Below, piece after piece: positions 15,112 to 24,049 of a DNA stretch of 64,000 bases. Each line of letters opens with the position of its first letter. Positions within the stretch are counted from its first letter, which is position 1. The notes beneath the pieces are model-generated. The model saw only the letters and a list, made by a program, of their open reading frames with translations, was not told the origin of the DNA and made no database searches. Location: IMG/VR virus record IMGVR_UViG_3300032236_000971, positions 1-64,000 of that record, one strand, 5' to 3'. Both the position numbers and the translations under genes were made by a program. The stretch is from a virus.

Positions 15112-15180
15112 AAAAAATCTGTTGTCTAGCTACGATAGGTGGTTGACTTATTCGAAGATCGGGCGTATACTATATGTATG
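15112..15180 (+). promoter_or_regulatory. Early promoter with conserved upstream element (second copy)
   Basis: Same 24-nt upstream box and TTGACT-17-TATACT-ATATGTATG as 1858-1926. Confidence 0.8.
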
Positions 15181-15721
15181 ATAAGAAAGGAGCTGAGAAT
15201 GACCCGTCATAATCCCCGCCTCGTACCCGAGTTCCTCGCCCGCCACCCCAGCGTCGATGGCTACACCCTAATTGCCGTGCTTGAGCACATTTCCCGTCTG
15301 GTTCATACCTCTCGTGATTCGCTTCTCGCTACTGCTCTGGTCGACTCGAATGCGGCTCAGTACCTGGTTCGTACCTGCCTTCGCTTTCAAAATGAGGGCT
15401 TGACTTAATCGCCGTTCCGCGCTATAATATATCTATGGTTGAACAGGAGAGAAAAATGAACCCCACTTATACGAAAATCCCCCTCGAGAAACTCGACGAA
15501 GTTCGTACGGTTCTTAATGCCCAGCTAAAGTTGCGTACTTTGGTTACTGGCGTTCGTTATAAAACTCGTACCTTCTACTTTGGAAAGCGTTCTGGCTCTA
15601 ATCGTCAGTACACTTTGAAGTCTGATGCTACCGCTGCGAAAATCGGTATCTATGAGGAAAATCCTAGCTACGGCTACCGCTCTGGTTCCTTTGATCTCGC
15701 TTATTACGTTTGAGGTGAAAT

Positions 15722-15994
15722 ATGAAACTCGATGAACACAGCTTTGAACAGACCGCTCGTGCCGTTTACCTAATGAATCCCTATGCCAGGGAGAAGTACG
15801 ATAACTGGCTAGAGCTTGAAGAGTTTATGCGCTGGATGGCGTATCAGTATTCTCACGAGAGCAACTCTTTCGGTACTGGTGGGTTCCAGCTCACAGCGTT
15901 CAATCAGCAGGATGGCGAACGTTGCGTTCATGCTTCTGTCCAAGCTTATACCGCTCTGAAGTACGCCGAACAATTCGAAACGGAGAACGCATAA
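15722..15994 (+). CDS. Hypothetical early protein
   Basis: GAGGT RBS; in run of small ORFs. Confidence 0.6.
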   Translation: MKLDEHSFEQTARAVYLMNPYAREKYDNWLELEEFMRWMAYQYSHESNSFGTGGFQLTAFNQQDGERCVHASVQAYTALKYAEQFETENA

Positions 15995-16138
15995 TGATGT
16001 ACGTTGCCAAGCCTAACCTGAATAACTCACTCGGTCAAAAGACCTTCAGCGATATCAAGTCGGCTGTTGACTACCTAGAGGAAAAGACTGGCCACAAGAT
16101 GGACTATGTAGTAGACAAACGTACCAAGGAGAAAACCT

Positions 16139-16282
16139 ATGACTGGGAACTCATCGGTAAACTCAAGCGTATCAAAGCGTAACCCATACGCTCGGGAGCT
16201 AGCAGATGCTAAGTTCCGTCGCCGTATTGTGAAAGCCCGTAAGGGCAAAGGTTCATATTCGCGTAAGCGAGTGAAACTGTAG
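16139..16282 (+). CDS. ArfA-like small basic protein (47 aa, not in ORF track)
   Basis: AAGGAG RBS; KRNPYARELADAKFRRRIVKARKGKGSYSRK contains the ArfA KGKGSY motif. Confidence 0.65.
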   Translation: MTGNSSVNSSVSKRNPYARELADAKFRRRIVKARKGKGSYSRKRVKL

Positions 16283-16797
16283 GAGATTATGATGTGGGAT
16301 ATGGAAAAGCTAGAGTTGTACACGCAGTATCTGACTGCGCAGGAACAAGCTGTTCTCGAGGCGATTAGCAATGGAATCGAATCCCTCGACCAGGTTAAGG
16401 TATTTGTGGCTACTAAACTTGATGATGACATCGATCAGGACTACGTCGCCGCAGTATGGACTCAAAATATGGAGGCTCCATATGTCAGTCTTTAATTTTG
16501 CCATGGGTAAAAACATGGTCAAGTTGACGTTGATCACGATTGCCTCGCTATCTAGCACGCTCGGTCTTCGCACTGAGCTCGCTATCATTTTTGGTGACAT
16601 TTTCTGGGCAACTTGGTTTGCTATCTCTTGGGTGGGTATCATTATCGCTGTGCTTTCATATTACAAAGCCAAGCAGGATATCGATCTGATGGAACTGCGT
16701 GAGTTCAAAGAGCATCGCCGTATGCTAGGTGTGATTGATACTCAACCTAAAACTACTTCAACAGCTGTCTTGCTAAATGAAACGAAAGGTGAATAAC

Positions 16798-17307
16798 ATG
16801 ATTAAGTATATGATGGTTGCTGGTCTCGCAGTTGGTCTGGCTGGTTGTCAAGATGTAAAGCCTAGCTCTGATCAGGTTCAGCGTCAGCAGCAAGAACAGC
16901 TGTCGATGCAAGGTGTAATGTCCGTTGGTATGCCAGCTGTTACTCGTTTCGCCGAAAAGCGGATGATGAAGGATATTATCGAGATGCGTGATCAGATGCA
17001 TCCGACATATACCTATCTGGTTGGCGAGATGAACGGTACGATTGGCGAGAAGGTTTGTGACTCGCTTGGTTACGGTCTCTCTGGCGCTACTCAGTACACC
17101 AATCCTCAGAAGATCGAGTGGCGCACCTCTGGAAGTGCATATGCTTCTGGCGTTCTTCCTCAGGCAGATCCTAATGGTCTGTTCTCTCCTGCTACGACAG
17201 AAGGCACTTGGGTGATGTGTAAGGTTCCTGGATCTGATAAGATCATGCCGCAGTACATCGAGCCTCGTGTTATCGTGTTGACGTTCCCCAAAGAAGCGAG
17301 GAAGTGA
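16798..17307 (+). CDS. Phage lipoprotein
   Basis: Lipobox LAGC; QADPNGLFSP...EGTWV...YIEP. Confidence 0.75.
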   Translation: MIKYMMVAGLAVGLAGCQDVKPSSDQVQRQQQEQLSMQGVMSVGMPAVTRFAEKRMMKDIIEMRDQMHPTYTYLVGEMNGTIGEKVCDSLGYGLSGATQYTNPQKIEWRTSGSAYASGVLPQADPNGLFSPATTEGTWVMCKVPGSDKIMPQYIEPRVIVLTFPKEARK

Positions 17308-17882
17308 TGAGATACTTCTGTTTCAATGAACCTGGTGGTGAACGTGGTGAAACCAATATAGTTGTCACCATGTCCGAAGAAGAGATTCGTGAAGACTATT
17401 GGGATCACTGGTATTTTCTGATGTGTAAGAAGTTTGGTAAAGAGCATGTAGATACTACTTACACATTCGAAGACTGTCTCGTTGATTGGCAAGTGGTGCA
17501 TTGGGCGTGGGAAGTTAAAGATGACTCAGATCGTTGATAAAATCAAAGCGATTGAATTGAATGAGCGTAGCATTTCACAATGGGTAGATATAAAATCTAC
17601 CTTTTCTGTTGCTAATGATAGTTTTGGCACTCGTATAGACACTCTTTATAACTATGATATTGGGATAAAACTTGGCGCAAGGGTTGTCGTAGATCATTTA
17701 CATAACTCCGATCATATCGGTAGCATGGTTACCAATGTCAAGCGTGCAGTAATTGAAGAACTGTACGGTGAGTTTCGTAAACCTCTAATTGAATTAGAGA
17801 TCGTTATCGCAGAAGGTCGTCAGCAAGAAGCACTAAAAAAAGTTCGTAATATGCATCGTACTATGTTTGGATTGGAGGGTTA

Positions 17883-18239
17883 GTGATGATCGATATCAAC
17901 AAAAAGTATCGCACTCGTGATGGTCGTGAAGTCCGCATCTATGCGACGGATGGGGGTGGCGCATATCCTGTTCATGGTGCAGTTCTTGGAACCAATTTCT
18001 GGTCTGCAACAAATTGGTCCCAAAATGGGTCTTACAGAATAAACCATGACGACCATGAACTTGACCTCATCGAAGTCCGCCCTCGTATCAAGCGGTCATA
18101 TTGGGTAAACTTATATCCATCGAGTAGCTGGACTCTAGACCTATTTGATACTAGAGAAAAAGCCGATGGACATGCAGGTTCTTCTCGTGTCGCCTGTGTA
18201 CGTCTCGAGATTGACTGTGAACATGGAGAGGGATTGTGA
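17883..18239 (+). CDS. Hypothetical protein (YRTRDGREVRI family)
   Basis: Common phage KYRTRDGREVRIYATD motif. Confidence 0.65.
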   Translation: MMIDINKKYRTRDGREVRIYATDGGGAYPVHGAVLGTNFWSATNWSQNGSYRINHDDHELDLIEVRPRIKRSYWVNLYPSSSWTLDLFDTREKADGHAGSSRVACVRLEIDCEHGEGL

Positions 18240-18595
18240 GCTACAAGAGTGATTTGAAAGAAACAGCACAGTTTACCACGATCTTTGGTTTTGGTATCTG
18301 GATGTTCACGTTAGTTATCCTGCCGCTGATTGGTGGACTTGGTTATATCTCGTACATGGCATATGCGTTCTATGCTCCCAAGTACGAGCAGGTTCGCTAT
18401 GATACATTCAAGCAGAGCCAGACGTACAATGATGGTATGCTTCGTGATCTGCAGGACTTGAAGATGGAATATATCAAGGCGAATGACGAGCAGAAGGCAG
18501 CACTGAAGGCGATTGTTATTCATCGCTTTTCTGTCTATGAAGTTGATCGTTTGCCTTATGATCTTCGTGCGTTCTATATGGAGGTATCAAAGTGA
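18236..18595 (+). CDS. Membrane protein
   Basis: N-terminal TM helix; FKQSQTYNDG motif. Confidence 0.65.
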   Translation: MSYKSDLKETAQFTTIFGFGIWMFTLVILPLIGGLGYISYMAYAFYAPKYEQVRYDTFKQSQTYNDGMLRDLQDLKMEYIKANDEQKAALKAIVIHRFSVYEVDRLPYDLRAFYMEVSK

Positions 18596-19191
18596 AGGTA
18601 AACATTGGTCCATATAAGACCTACTACGGTCCGTATCAGCTCGTTGACAAGATTTTCTTTTGGATTGATCGCAAGGGCATTTTCCTTGATGATGATCCCC
18701 GTCATGAGCGTTGGGATTACAGGGCGGCTGAATGGTTTGGTGATAAGCTAGCTGACACTTGGGTTTCTGATTTTTGTAATTGGATTTATTCTAAGCGTCT
18801 ACGCAAGATTAGCATTCGTATCGACGAATACGACACTTGGTCTATGGACCATACGTTGTCTATGATCATTCATCCTATGCTTGTACAACTTAAAGAAACC
18901 AAGCATGGCGCTCCTTGGGTTGATGATGAAGATGTCCCCGAGGAACTGCGTTCAACGGCTGCGCCGGAGTTGACTGAAGAGCAGAAGAGCTACGGCGAAA
19001 CAGACGGTAATTTCTTCAAACGTTGGGATTGGGTCATGGATGAAATGATCTTTGCTCATGCGTCTCAGTTCAACGATTGGGAAGACGAGTACTTTGAACG
19101 TAAGGATTATGATGGTATGCGTGTTGTTCAAGCACGTATTGCTAATGGTTACAAGTTGTTTGGTAAATATTATCAGGGTCTTTGGGACTAG
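18592..19191 (+). CDS. Hypothetical protein of T4-like phages
   Basis: DTWSMDHTL...RWDWVMDEMIF...LFGKYYQGLWD motifs. Confidence 0.7.
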   Translation: MKVNIGPYKTYYGPYQLVDKIFFWIDRKGIFLDDDPRHERWDYRAAEWFGDKLADTWVSDFCNWIYSKRLRKISIRIDEYDTWSMDHTLSMIIHPMLVQLKETKHGAPWVDDEDVPEELRSTAAPELTEEQKSYGETDGNFFKRWDWVMDEMIFAHASQFNDWEDEYFERKDYDGMRVVQARIANGYKLFGKYYQGLWD

Positions 19192-19971
19192 GAGGATAAA
19201 ATGATTTCACTTGGAGATATCGTTGAGTTGATCGACGAAAATACGCATGACGGTGACTATCGTGGTCGTATGACCGTCGTTGGGTTTGACCTCGCAAAGG
19301 ATAACGTTGTAATTTGCGAGCATTATGACTATGATGATTACGTAGAGTTTACAGAAGATGAATTGGTTGTGATGGAGGAAGCTCGATGACTGACGGTAAG
19401 TACAAGTGCACATACACTTTTCAATGCGAGTATGAAAATGTTGATTTGCTTCACGAGCCAACACATAGCTTGACACATGTTGTGTTCGATGGTACTGATG
19501 CACATATTCAAACAGTAGTCAACCAGTTTGTTACCTTTCTGAAAGCATCTGGTTACGTTTTCCAGGATTTGGAGATCATCAAAGATGTTAATTCCTACAA
19601 AGTATAGCATTGGTTACACCTATTGGGTGCCTCGTGTTTACAAACAGTTCGTGCGTACAGAAACTCTTTGCTACGAAGGCGAAGAGTGGAATCGTGATGT
19701 GTATGAAATGAAAGCCTTCGCTAAACAGAAGGTTGTTCGCTGTATGGAAATCAAAGTACATAAAGATGGTACATTCAATGTTATGTATGGCGTAGAAAAT
19801 ATCACTGATGCAGGTGTAAGTATGTTTCAATGGTATCCAGAAGCGAACATTCCTGATAGCAATACAGAAGAAATTGCTCAGGCTTTTGCTGAAGGTTATC
19901 TGAAAGACAATCCAGACAAAGAATACTTTGGAAATTAAACTATAATAAGTAGTGGTGTTGTTAAAGGTTAT

Positions 19972-20047
19972 TCGGGGTTAGTTCAATTGGTAGAACTACA
20001 GACTTTGAATCTGTGTGTTGGTGGTTCGAGCCCATCACCCCGAACCA
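19972..20047 (+). tRNA. tRNA-Gln(TTG)
   Basis: CT-TTG-AA, CCA; isolated from the main cluster. Confidence 0.93.
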
Positions 20048-20233
20048 ACTTTGGAGATATATGATGAACGATAAGTTGATAGCAGAACCTGACTTGACAA
20101 AAATTCAGCTCGCTTGGTCTCAAGATATCCTGGCTAGAATTAAAACAATCCTCGATTCAAAAGGTTGGACCGAGGATCAGAAGCTTGTAAGTATCGCTTG
20201 GTTGGTGAAGCAGGCACTTAAGCCAAATGAAGA

Positions 20234-20521
20234 TTAATTCTTCTTCTCAGTGCGCTTCTTCGCCTCGTCAAGCGTCTTATACAATGCATTCATGTTCTTC
20301 TGACACTCAGTATTCTTTGAATGTAATTCTACCAGAAGTTTTGCAACCTGAACGTCTGTTAAAGTTTCAGAATTTGGAAATCGTCTTACGTTTTGACAGT
20401 AAAACATCGACTTGTCTGGGACAAATACCTGTAATTCTGTTTTAGTTAGAACTTGTGGCGGCAGTGGCTTGGCACAACCAGACAATCCTATCACTGCAAT
20501 TGACGCTAATAACAATTTCAT
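20234..20521 (-). CDS. o-spanin (outer-membrane lipoprotein)
   Basis: Lipobox LSGC, Pro-rich start, two further Cys; overlaps the upstream TM/coiled-coil gene. Confidence 0.75.
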   Translation of the reverse strand: MKLLLASIAVIGLSGCAKPLPPQVLTKTELQVFVPDKSMFYCQNVRRFPNSETLTDVQVAKLLVELHSKNTECQKNMNALYKTLDEAKKRTEKKN

Positions 20522-20883
20522 TTCACAACATCCTTTAGCTTGTTCACTGTTTTCTTCAACACTTCTGAAGCTTGCCTATCGTTCGCCTGAGTTTCTTTTG
20601 AGTTTAAATCAGTGTTGATAACATCCATCTGTTCCTTGAACTTTTTCTTGACTTCAGCATTCTCTGCTTCGATCTCTTTCTTTTTTGCGTTGATATCATC
20701 TAGCTGTTGACGTAGAATCTCTTTGTCCTTGAGATCCTGTTCAATCTGCTTCTGATTATATTCAAGGAGAGCTTCGCGCTCAATCCCTTTGCGCCAGGTA
20801 TAATACCCAGCAGACATAGCACCAAAAAGAAAGATACCAATTACAATATATAACTGTAGACGTCCAAACATAACAACCTCCAT
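20518..20883 (-). CDS. i-spanin
   Basis: N-terminal TM plus long coiled coil; minus-strand late promoter TATAAATA at 20894-20901. Confidence 0.75.
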   Translation of the reverse strand: MEVVMFGRLQLYIVIGIFLFGAMSAGYYTWRKGIEREALLEYNQKQIEQDLKDKEILRQQLDDINAKKKEIEAENAEVKKKFKEQMDVINTDLNSKETQANDRQASEVLKKTVNKLKDVVK

Positions 20884-21145
20884 CGATACAGATTATTTAT
20901 ACAAACAGGAAGCACAAATGGATCAATATCCAACACTAAAAGGTTTAAGCGTAATCCCAGAAGACATAGTTCAATTTTGCGCAAGTCAATTTGGACCCGA
21001 TGAAGATAACTCGTTCAAAAATATATTGAACGCTGCCGATGAATTTAGAGAGGCAGGATTGACGCCTTTGTTTCTATGCACGAAAACTCTTCAGGATATT
21101 TTTGTAACAACAGTTGAGAAACTACAAAAAAAATATCACTGACCC

Positions 21146-21234
21146 CTTTAAAAATATTGCGTCGCAACCTATATAATATGTGAGATGCCTGACGGGTCTC
21201 ACAATTATCAACTCTCGCTTAACAGGAGATTACA
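21146..21234 (+). promoter_or_regulatory. RpoH-like promoter and ROSE-like leader of hsp20
   Basis: CTTTAA-16-CCTATAT; hairpin GTGAGA..TCTCAC; TCTCGCT-TAAC-AGGAGA hairpin sequestering the SD. Confidence 0.6.
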
Positions 21235-21744
21235 ATGAATACACCATATCGTTTTGACCACACCTTTTCAGACCTTGCCAAGTTTGATAAATTTTTTGTT
21301 GGCTCGGATAAGTTCCTTTCAAAGGTTCAAGAAACTGCTGAGTATCTTGCTAATACAGCTGCGCACTCAGGTTATCCTCCGTTTAATTTGAAAAAGACAG
21401 ACGACAATGTCTATGTTATTGAGATGGCTGTTGCTGGTTTCGGTAAGCAAGACATTGAACTTACACTTGAAGATAACAAGCTAAAGATTGCTGGTCATAC
21501 AACTCTTGATACTATCACAGAAGATGGTTTAAATCAGCACTTCCTTCATAAAGGAATTAGCGACCGTCCATTCACTCGTACGTTTACCCTTGCCGATAAT
21601 GTTGTTGTTAACAACGCAAAGATGGTAAACGGACTACTTAAGATCTGGCTTGAGCATGTTATCCCAGAAGATAAGAAGCCAAAGAAGATCGACATCGAAT
21701 CAGAAGAGGAAGCAACTACTTCAAAGAGAGTTGCTAAGAAATAA
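21235..21744 (+). CDS. hsp20: Small heat shock protein Hsp20 (IbpA-like)
   Basis: YPPFNL, IEMAVAGF, FLHKGIS.RPFTRTFTLA, NGLLKI alpha-crystallin motifs. Confidence 0.95.
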   Translation: MNTPYRFDHTFSDLAKFDKFFVGSDKFLSKVQETAEYLANTAAHSGYPPFNLKKTDDNVYVIEMAVAGFGKQDIELTLEDNKLKIAGHTTLDTITEDGLNQHFLHKGISDRPFTRTFTLADNVVVNNAKMVNGLLKIWLEHVIPEDKKPKKIDIESEEEATTSKRVAKK

Positions 21745-21939
21745 ATGTTTGAACTTTTTAACTACTATGTCGACAGATCAATGATCTGGCTGAAGAGAAG
21801 CTTTGCTTATAATAATGCAGCTTCGGAGCTTTTGAATCTGTCTGATAGGGAGCTTGCCGACTTGGGTATTTACCGTTGTGATATACATAATGTTGTTGCG
21901 GATACTTTGAGACAGCGAATACCTAGTCGGTCTTTTTAA
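21745..21939 (+). CDS. DUF1127 family small protein
   Basis: ELLNLSDRELADLGI.R.DI signature. Confidence 0.85.
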   Translation: MFELFNYYVDRSMIWLKRSFAYNNAASELLNLSDRELADLGIYRCDIHNVVADTLRQRIPSRSF

Positions 21940-21948
21940 CACTAAATA

Positions 21949-21978
21949 ACGGGGAAGCAATTCCCCGTTTTCTTTTTT
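21949..21978 (+). terminator. Rho-independent terminator
   Basis: ACGGGGAA/TTCCCCGT stem and T-rich tail. Confidence 0.75.
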
Positions 21979-21991
21979 ATGGAGCTATATT

Positions 21992-23377
21992 ATGGACAAC
22001 GTTTTCCTTCAGCTATTAGATCATCTCGAAGATTCCAACAAGCCAGTTTTTTACGACAATGACTATCCTATTTCTGGCAAACAATACAGAAATTTAATTA
22101 TCAGTTTTGCTCTCCATATGAAAAAGCATGGAGTCACGCAAAGCTCTGTAGTTGCTCTTGATGTGTATGGCGTTGTGGTTGGCACTGCTCTTAGTGTTGC
22201 TTGCGGCTTGATCGGTTGCTCTTGGATTAAGTATTCAATTGATTCAGCCAAGGCGGCTGACGAACTAAAATTGACTCACGTGTTTCATGAGTCGCCTCTT
22301 CAAGTTGAAGTCGATATTCCTTGTATCGAGCTAGATAACAGCTGGAACAAAGCGCCAGAAGGTATTGACCCTAATAGGCATATGTTTTTCAGCTATGACG
22401 ATGAAAACAAGCCATTTTTGATTGCTCACTCGTCTGGCACAACAGGTAACGTAAAGTTTATCCCTATCTCTTACAGAGAATATTTTGAACGAGTTCATAA
22501 CAACTTTGATATTCAGTTTCAAAACGCAAGGTACGGATGTTTTCTATTCCAGCCGCTGAAGTCGACAACTCAGTATAAAGCTGTCGCACTTATGTTGAAT
22601 GATATTCCTATCGTTCATAATATGACCTACGAGCAGCTGTCAAAATATCCAAGAGTTCATATTATTGGTTCGCATGGTCAGTTTGATTTCTTCATTAGGG
22701 GTAAAGAGCCTCCAACCAAGCCATACAAAGCGACGGCTGATCTATCGGGGTCAGCAACAACCGTAAAGTACCTTGAGAACATTTTCAAACATGTTGATCA
22801 GGTCAATATTGGTTATGGCGCTACCGAAACATCAAGAACTGCTAACAAAAGATTGTATTCAGTTGCTGACTTCAACGGGTCTTCTGGTTACCCATTTGAT
22901 GACGTTGAATTTAAAATTGAGCCTGATGGCACAGTTCTTGTTAAAACACCAAGATCTTATGATGAAGATGGAGATTGGTTTGCGCCAGGTGATCTCGGAT
23001 ATATGGAAAACGGCGAACTGTTCATCACAGGTAGAAAGAAAGAACAGATTAACGTTGGCGGTGTGAAAATTGATCCTGTGTCAATCGAAGAAGAAATCAG
23101 AAAAGTTGATGGTGTGTATGATTGTATGGTGTTTCAGGATGATAGACAACACGTTGAATATCAGCTGAGTGTTCTTATTGTCGCAGAAAAAAATAGGGCA
23201 GTGGCAATTGACGTTCACGCAGCCTGTAAAGAAAAGTTTGGTATGTCAAAGATACCGCAAAACTTATATTATGTAGATGAGCTACCTAAAACAGAAGGCG
23301 GTAAAGTGTCAAGAAAGCTTGCTATAGATATTGTGAAAGAATTTAAACATACAAAATACGTTTACGTTTTAAACTAG
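21992..23377 (+). CDS. AMP-binding (ANL superfamily) adenylate-forming enzyme
   Basis: SSGTTGNVK P-loop, GYGATE, GDLG, GRKKEQINVGGVKI.P..IE, LPKTEGGK. Confidence 0.88.
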   Translation: MDNVFLQLLDHLEDSNKPVFYDNDYPISGKQYRNLIISFALHMKKHGVTQSSVVALDVYGVVVGTALSVACGLIGCSWIKYSIDSAKAADELKLTHVFHESPLQVEVDIPCIELDNSWNKAPEGIDPNRHMFFSYDDENKPFLIAHSSGTTGNVKFIPISYREYFERVHNNFDIQFQNARYGCFLFQPLKSTTQYKAVALMLNDIPIVHNMTYEQLSKYPRVHIIGSHGQFDFFIRGKEPPTKPYKATADLSGSATTVKYLENIFKHVDQVNIGYGATETSRTANKRLYSVADFNGSSGYPFDDVEFKIEPDGTVLVKTPRSYDEDGDWFAPGDLGYMENGELFITGRKKEQINVGGVKIDPVSIEEEIRKVDGVYDCMVFQDDRQHVEYQLSVLIVAEKNRAVAIDVHAACKEKFGMSKIPQNLYYVDELPKTEGGKVSRKLAIDIVKEFKHTKYVYVLN

Positions 23378-23386
23378 GAGATAGAT

Positions 23387-23998
23387 ATGAAAGTTACACT
23401 CGACCAACTATGGAATTTCTTCGAAGACACAGATGACTTCGTTTTGGAAAAGTTTGTTGATCCAATCAATAAGGTAATTGAAGAGTTTGAAATCAATACA
23501 CCCAATCGTATCTCAATGTTCCTTGCTCAGATCGGTCATGAGTCTGGCGGCTTGACGAAGCTTCATGAAAACCTAAACTACAAGCCAGCTCGCTTGCTTC
23601 AGATTTTCCCAAAGTATTTTAGAGATGTTGATCCAGAAGATTACAACACCCCTGAAAAGATTGCTAATCGTGTTTATGCTAATCGTATGGGTAATGGCAA
23701 CGAAGCTTCTGGTGATGGATACCGTTTCCGTGGGCGTGGTGCTGTTCAGCTGACTGGTAAGTCAAACTACCTTGCTTGTGGCGAAGACCTTGAAGTTGAT
23801 TTGGTTGCTACCCCAGACTACCTTGAAACGCCAGAAGGCGCTATTCGTTCTGCTGCTTGGTTCTGGGATCAGCATGACCTCAATGATTGGGCTGACAAGA
23901 AGGATGTTACTACTGTTACAAAGAAAATCAACGGTGGTACTATCGGTCTTGAAGAGCGTAGAGAACTATTCGAAGAAGCACTCACAATTTTCACTTGA
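23387..23998 (+). CDS. GH19 endolysin (chitinase-like)
   Basis: FLAQIGHES, ENLNY, DGYRFRGRGAVQLTGKSNY, TKKINGG. Confidence 0.92.
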   Translation: MKVTLDQLWNFFEDTDDFVLEKFVDPINKVIEEFEINTPNRISMFLAQIGHESGGLTKLHENLNYKPARLLQIFPKYFRDVDPEDYNTPEKIANRVYANRMGNGNEASGDGYRFRGRGAVQLTGKSNYLACGEDLEVDLVATPDYLETPEGAIRSAAWFWDQHDLNDWADKKDVTTVTKKINGGTIGLEERRELFEEALTIFT

Positions 23999-24049
23999 TA
24001 TTCTCCTTGCAATAAGGTATTATAAACGTATTGCAATTTAGGAGTTACT

